Position numbers and translations under genes: made by a program. DNA of 54,807 bases from Calcarisporiella thermophila CBS 279.70 (taxonomy: Eukaryota; Fungi; Calcarisporiellomycota), in assembly GCF_041956535.1 (NCBI RefSeq), contig NW_027192197.1:8193-62999 (forward strand). Direction: 5' to 3'. Below the pieces are notes generated by a model, which saw only the letters and a list, made by a program, of their open reading frames with translations, made no database searches and was not told the DNA's origin. Below are positions 49,005 through 54,807 of this stretch, piece by piece (the stretch's first letter is position 1; every line of letters starts with the position of its first letter).

Positions 49005-49420
49005 ATACACCAGGGGATCTCCTAGGTACGCTCTCGTAGCGATTAACAATGTACGACTTATCCATGCGTTTCCACATATACCCTATCTGCTTCATAAATT
49101 CTTCTTATCCTTTGGTCTTATGGGATTCGCTTGGTGTTTTCTCTTCAGGATACTCTACATGTTCTCAATCGGGTTCAAATCGGGTGAGTGAAAAGTTTGT
49201 TCTAAGTTTCTTATTTCATTTCTTCGTAGCCACTCTTGGATTGATTTGACAGCATATGAAGGAACGTCGTCGTGTTGGGATATAATATCGTCTTGGCTGA
49301 TCCTGTAAAAACCAGGCGTTCCAAGAAAACCCTTCTCCAATATGCTCTGATGCATCGTTGTGTTCATTCCGCCTCGAGTACGGTTAATATGCTCAACTCC
49401 TTGTTAAGTGATGCACCCCT
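49005..49420 (-). mobile_element. Tc1/mariner DNA transposon remnant; ends approximate
   Basis: QHDDVPSY (degenerate QQDNAPCH) and HSPDLNPIENM, the DDE transposase signature, in ORF 49155-49367. Confidence 0.8.
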
Positions 49421-49429
49421 GTACCACAA

Positions 49430-49583
49430 GAGCCTCTTTACCATTTTTCGTGGCTAGAATCACACTAGGAAATAGTAATAATAAAAGATACAGGCACAAT
49501 TGTACTAGTGGTGGCAGATGGATTTGAACCTGTGCCGTCGGAATGGCACTGAGGAGCACTTGCGAATAAGCTTCTCCACCCCC
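49430..49583 (-). mobile_element. Degenerate tRNA-headed SINE relic (family 3, head related to SINE2)
   Basis: Minus strand GGGGGTGGAG..GTGCCATTCCGACGGCAC-AGGTTCAAATCC..CCACCACTA: same layout as the SINE2 head. Confidence 0.5.
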
Positions 49584-49599
49584 TAAGTAATTAGCCCAG

Positions 49600-50350
49600 T
49601 TTTTTTTTGTTAGAAAGGCCTTCATTAAAAAAATACTTTTCAATCAAAAATGTTAAAAGGGGATAAAACAACGAGGGGACAAGTAAGCTGAGTAGAGTGC
49701 GAAAGAAATAAAGGAGAAAGTGAATAACGTTCATATTTTTTCAAGCATATAAAAAAGAATAAATATAAGAGAAAAAGTACGGGAATATTTATATATAATA
49801 TTAATAAATTCTGTAACAGAGTAACATATAACGAAAAGACAAATTAAGTCTATAAATTCAGGAAAGAATAGGGTAAAGAGGGTAGGACATTCGGTATAGT
49901 CGCACTAGAGTTAGGTGTTTTGGATGAAGGGAATCTCGTCTCCTTGGACTTGTATTCAACTTCCTTTATACCAAACCATTTGAAATTCTTCTTTTTTTAT
50001 TTTCTAAGAACACAGACAGCCATTTAGACCGCTTGCTTTTTTACAACTCATGTTGTTCTACAAGTGCTATTTCACTTGCTTGGGCATTGTCCATTATTAT
50101 CTCTGTTCTGGATCAATAGATTAACCGGATTACTGCATCATGAACTGTCGTCACTACTTCTCGTTAGTAGGCCATTTTTTTGCTATCTGTTCCAAATAGT
50201 TTATCTTTCATGGACAATTCATGGACCCGCATTCCAAAAATGTGACAGACGTAACTGTCCATTGCTTGCCATAACTGATTCCGGGCCGGGCATTCCAGGC
50301 AGGCATGGGTTATGAATTCCACTGTGTTGGCTGTGCGCCGTTTGCAAGCA
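49600..50350 (-). mobile_element. Degenerate non-LTR element, family A-like
   Basis: Poly(T) 49600-49608; reverse complement encodes IQVQGDEIPFIQNT*, matching the ORF end at ~560-608; decayed C..H....CP motif near 50290-50345. Confidence 0.8.
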
Positions 50351-50477
50351 TTGGATTATTTTATCCACTTTTAGTGACAATTCTTGTCACCAAACTGTGT
50401 TTCAAGAGTCTCTATCTTAATATCTTGTATTTAAGTTCACTCTACCGCCTCTTCCAGTAAGTAATGAACTCGAGGAA

Positions 50478-51000
50478 TTTTTTTTTCCTCTTTACCAAGG
50501 ATTTTATTAAAAGGAATCTTATGTATATGATCATTAGGGTAGACTTCTACGATAAAATCGCCCAAGTAATGATTCTGGCCTATTTAGTCGAAATTTAGTG
50601 TAAAAATGAGATGTCTTTGGGTGTGGAGCTAGTGAAAGGACTAGGCTTAGCCCGAGCTGAAATTATTATGCATGTTGTATCCTTTATGGGGAGTACACTT
50701 AGTATTGCGAGTACCTCTGATGTGTTGAGAAATTTTCTTCAACTTTTTTTCCTTTGTACTTGTATCCATTGGTCTTTGATTGCTATGAGTGGGTCTGATA
50801 AAAATATACACCTGAATGCGATGTCCTCATGTCATTGGTTGTCAATGACAATTGCGACTCTTGTCTTATGTATACTCCAGAACATGATGTCGTGTAACAA
50901 CATGGAGATTTGTCGAACTTTGCCTTGTGTCTCCTTGTGGAATCCGAAGTGTTTCTCATTCTTTCGCATATTTGTCCAGGACTTTTCGAGGATCTTTTGA
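50478..51000 (-). mobile_element. Degenerate non-LTR element, family F
   Basis: Poly(T) 50478-50486; HDIMFWSIHKTR equivalent to HDIALWMIYHSR; diverged copy of the structured tail (TAGGCCAG..GATTTTATCGTAGAAG..CCTA). Confidence 0.75.
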
Positions 51001-51047
51001 CGGAGCCTGTCAAACCACCTCCAAAGGTGTCCCCTACGTTTATTTGG

Positions 51048-51441
51048 TTTTTTTTTTTGAAGCTACGGATCTTTATTGAAAAGTGTCCTCATGTAGTTAA
51101 TCGTTGAAGGTGAATCAAAGGTAGTACGCCTTTGTGCAGATTATAGCCAATTGATGGCAGAAGTTATAGAAAAATTAAGAAACAGTAATAGTAGAATAAC
51201 CAGGCACGATAAGATAGAGGCGGAGGAACCAGATACGACAGGACGGAGAGAGCGATTGTAGTGAACTAGTCTGGAAAAGACAAAGGCAATACTAATGAAG
51301 AACATAGACACAACAAGCAAGACACAGAATCAGTGGAGAGTCCAGACACATTTTTTGTGCTGGTGGGGGTTACGGGATTCGATTCCGCGCCATCTCGATG
51401 GCACCTAAGAGTGCTTACCCCTAAGTTACTCCAACCTCTCC
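51048..51441 (-). mobile_element. tRNA-derived SINE family 2
   Basis: Head GGAGAGGTTGGAGTAACTTAGG..GGAATCGAATCCCGTAACCCCCACCA; unique body; tail AGGACACTTTTCAATAAAGATCC shared with family A; poly(A) 51048-51058. Confidence 0.75.
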
Positions 51442-51451
51442 TGATAGTTGC

Positions 51452-51793
51452 TTTTTTTGATCATTCAATGGAAACTTTTATTTATATTCCATATATTACA
51501 TGAAGTTAATGTTAATGGACTTAACATAACGAGATATAAGTCTTTGATCGGTAGGCGTGCAATCGATATGCGTGTAATCGAAAGGCGTGTATTGATGTTG
51601 TCGTGAATAGCACGTAAGTGAAATCGATGTAATCAGTGTATTTTTTCGTAGGAGCGAACTTTCCAGTAATAGTGACTCAATATTGATCAAAGTGGTCACG
51701 AAATAATAGTAGTGCTGGTGGGGGAAGTGGGATTCGAACCCACGCCATTTCATTCGGCATCCCTGGGATAGTCCACTACACCATCTCTTCCCC
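51452..51793 (-). mobile_element. tRNA-derived SINE family 1, full-length copy c
   Basis: Reverse complement colinear with 3448-3798; perfect B box GGTTCGAATCC; imperfect TSD CTCTCCT(G/A)AT(A/T)GTTG at 51436-51450 and 51793-51807. Confidence 0.88.
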
Positions 51794-51880
51794 TCTCCTA
51801 ATTGTTGTTGACACCCATGTGACTGCTATTTTATTTTTTCTATACAAAAATTTAAGTTTTCTTAATTTTTCCGATCAAGG

Positions 51881-51952
51881 GGTTCTATGGTGTAATCGGT
51901 AGCACCCAGGACTTTGAATCCTGTAACCTGAGTTCGATTCTCAGTGGAACCA
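51881..51952 (+). tRNA. tRNA-Gln(TTG)
   Basis: GGTTCTA/TGGAACC acceptor, CAGGA-ctTTGaa-TCCTG anticodon arm, GTTCGATTC T loop. Confidence 0.95.
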
Positions 51953-52647
51953 CATAATAAGAATATGTTATTCTCTTTTTGCAGTTTATTAGCACTATAC
52001 TATGGACTGGCTTTGAAGGAACTTTGATTTTTCATGAGTATTTTCGTTAATAAATTCAAACTCATTGACCCGCTCAAGAGTCAAAATACCATTTGGATCT
52101 AATTGAATAACGTCTTTTTAAAAAGGAAAACTCAGCTTCTACTTTAGTATAGCTTCTGTCCTACCTTAAAGAAATAAAAGAAGGAAGAGAGAACAAACAA
52201 AAAATATATAACAAAGGGCTTAACCCCCCCCCCCCCAATAAGTAACCAATAGGGCATGAGAAAAAATTAAAAAAAAAGCAAAGAAATTAATAAGAGCGAT
52301 GTGTAGGGGCGTCTAAAAATTGATTTTATATTTTAATTTTAATGTTACGTCTTTACTACTTAGAAAGACCTCTAATGAAACGCAATAGTAACATAAGAGA
52401 GTAAAAAGATTGACACGATAGAGTGCCTATAGTAAATAGCACATTATAGTTGGACGTGGTACTCTCCGATGTCTTAAGCAGTTTGAAAATAATTGGAAAA
52501 CATTTGAGATAAAAGTTAGAGAGAAGCAGTTCTTTGTTCAGATCTTTGAAAAATTAATCAGGCGAGCAGGTCACTGGACAAGCGGCGAAAACCCAAATTC
52601 CATACAATAAATACAATGATATATAATTATACTTTGCCTTACAAAAA

Positions 52648-53025
52648 TGTTGCGTCGTATAGCAGTCTAATAAGTTTCTATCTCGACAATCCTTTAGCTA
52701 TCCCTAAGCTCTTGATTGTCCTTTCCTAAACACTTCAGAAGGCTAATAAACGACACAAGTGGGTCGTAAAGTAATCCGGTTCTATCCCAAAACAAAATAG
52801 CACACTTTTATTGTAAACAAAGATGTTTCCCTTTTATACTAAAGATAACGTACCACAAACATAAATGTAAACAAGATAATAAATATATATAATGAGGTAA
52901 TCAAGGAAAAATATGTTAACCATAACCGTAAGCTAATAAATATACTAATAAAACCATCCCAAGAAATATATCCATCCCAAATCTTAAAGAAGTATAAAAG
53001 AAAAATAAGCCACCAAAGTCAAGCC
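52648..53025 (-). repeat. Repeat R, inverted copy of 860-1220
   Basis: Direct sequence match; carries a small extra duplication (CCATCCCAA twice) absent from the left copy. Confidence 0.9.
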
Positions 53026-53323
53026 TCCTTTCCTCCTACTTCGCCATAATTCCATATTGTGCCAATTCTCCTCAAAACAAATTTTAAGTTCGAGAATGGA
53101 TAACTAGGTGATAGTTGACTAGATACTGGTTTATTCACAAAAAGAACTCCAAAAGAACTCCCTAGAACTCCCCAAAACTAAACTATATAAGTTATAGGAC
53201 TATTTATACACTTAAAATATCTAAGTTACGTAAATAAAAACAAGTTTGGCGTTATTAAAAACATCCGAAGGCTAATAATACGGTTTCTCGGTTGTAATCT
53301 GTTGAAACGCTGAAGTATGTCAC

Positions 53324-53581
53324 TTTTTTTTTTTCAACTAAGGAAACTTTTTATTGAAAAGTCTCCTGTACAGTTAAAACGGTAGGGTAACTTCTACGTC
53401 AAAATCACCTGGGTACTGCCCCCAGCCTACCTTAAAGTGGTTTACAAATAAGAAGAAGGTAGATAGATTGTTAGAGTCGATTGATTTGAATGCTTGAGTA
53501 TATAAGATAATGAAATGTAGATAGATAAATTTTCTTTACTCTCGCATACCGTTTGATATGCAGAGAGCAAAGGTGCTGAGA
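53324..53581 (-). mobile_element. Retroposon family C, 3' fragment
   Basis: Matches 2790-3040; poly(T) 53324-53334; TSD GCTGAAGTATGTC at 53309-53321 and 53583-53595. Confidence 0.88.
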
Positions 53582-53595
53582 GGCTGAAGTATGTC

Positions 53596-54442
53596 TTTTT
53601 TTTTTTTAAACAAAGGAGCTTTATTGAAAAGTGTCCTATCCTGTTAAAAAGGTAGGGTAGCTTCTACGTCAAAATCACCCAGGTAATGCTCCTGGCCTAC
53701 CTTGCAGAATTTGGAGGATAGACGGAAAAAAGGAAGGAAGAAAAGGATTTAAGTGTAAGAGGAAGAGAGAAAAGGTGATGAGGAAAGAGCTAGGAAAGTA
53801 TGGAAACAGCAATTAGCTTAATAAAGAAGGGGATAGGAATAACTGTAAGAGAGGGGGGATAAAGGTTGTGTGCAATGGTATTAAGATAGGCTACTTATGT
53901 ACATGAAATAACGAAAAGAAGTGAAGGATTGAAAAAGTAAAGGAAGAGGAAAGAAGGAAAAAAAAAAAAGAAAAAGTATGGAAAAGAACGTTAGAGGAGA
54001 TGGTATTAATATACAGCAGTGGAGGGTTGGGTGCAGTTCTCAAGCCCAAGTTGGGGCTGGGATTTGATCTTCAGAGGTGTCCTGGATGAAAATCACAGAA
54101 TCATCTATGATGTTCACCCAGTTTCCCCTTGACCATTTATCGATGAAGTCTCTTTTCCGTTCCTGTTTCATTGCCATCCACCACTTGAACTTTATTCCTC
54201 GTTGTAGTTCGTGGTCAAATTGTTTGGTTATGGCTACCGGATTGGGTTGGACATCATCCAGCACTAATTCAAGTCTCGAGCGGTATATTATCCACAGGGC
54301 TATGTCGTGGCTCAGAGCAACCACTTCGTTGAGGCGTTGACTTATTTGTTTGTCTTGTCCAAACAGTCTGTCTTCTCTCGTGGATTCGTGTGGCGGTATT
54401 CCAATTATTCGGCAATTTGTCTCATCAACTCTTTGCCAGAGA
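53596..54442 (-). mobile_element. 5'-truncated L1/Tx1-type element, family B
   Basis: ORF 54040-54324 nearly identical to 3875-4288; poly(T) 53596-53607; TSD AGAGGCT(G/A)AAGTATGTC at 53579-53595 and 54440-54456. Confidence 0.9.
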
Positions 54443-54807
54443 GGCTAAAGTATGTCACGTGATTAATGGCTTAATTTGACCGCAGCTATTATAACACGAT
54501 TCTAACCCAAAATTATGTTATGTGGAATTTAGGAAATGTGGAGAAATAGCACCGAAAATCTCAAACTTGATAGGAACTTGTTATTAATTAGAATAAAAAG
54601 GTTAAGCCTTATATAAGAATAAGCAAACAGATAGATGGAAATAGTAGAATAGATAGAATGGTATAACAAAGGAAACATTTCACATATCACGTAATATTTG
54701 TCAAAAAGTGAATAGGGTAGAACAAAGGTGACGCTCAAATTAAAGAATTGGTCTTCCAAAAATTAGATGAAGAGATTAGATTTGAAATAAAAGATTAGTT
54801 TTTTTTG

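Noticed and set aside
51361-51793. SINE heads as functional tRNA genes
   Set aside because: No standard anticodon arm; each continues into a body, LINE-like tail and poly(A).
1-54807. CRISPR array, rRNA, terminal telomere arrays, U12-type introns
   Set aside because: None seen; the repeated short motifs are target-site duplications, and the introns I checked have ordinary GT donors.

Overview
Intron-rich eukaryotic genomic DNA. The gene set (velvet, Ypd1, PP2A B'', USP, cAMP-receptor-like GPCR, long-chain ChrA) points to an early-diverging, Mucoromycota-like fungus; this is inference, not a database assignment. A compact core (about 5.3-48.5 kb) holds about 19 protein genes (Tbf1-like telobox Myb, Cdt1, Gcn4-like bZIP, Cac2, Nxt1, velvet, Tvp18, GPCR, USP, Prp46, ABCB/MDR, Pex4, vezatin-like, PP2A B'', Ypd1, ChrA, a secreted repeat protein, two unknowns). 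Three tRNA genes are present (Ile-AAT, Trp-CCA, Gln-TTG). Both ends are stacks of 5'-truncated L1/Tx1-type non-LTR retrotransposon tails and tRNA-derived SINEs with poly(A) tails and target-site duplications; all left-end copies are on + and all copies from 49.4 kb onward are on -. Most notable: (1) a ~700-nt GC-rich, heavily base-paired intergenic RNA candidate at 14.77-15.48 kb with several telomerase-RNA-like traits; (2) a second ~410-nt structured, pseudoknotted RNA candidate at 21.5-21.9 kb; (3) a LINE/SINE system in which SINE families carry the 3' tails of partner LINEs, the same sites are hit repeatedly, and elements pile up head-to-head upstream of tRNA genes. Multi-exon CDS coordinates are gene spans deduced by eye from GT..AG junctions; all RNA pairings were found by eye, not computed.
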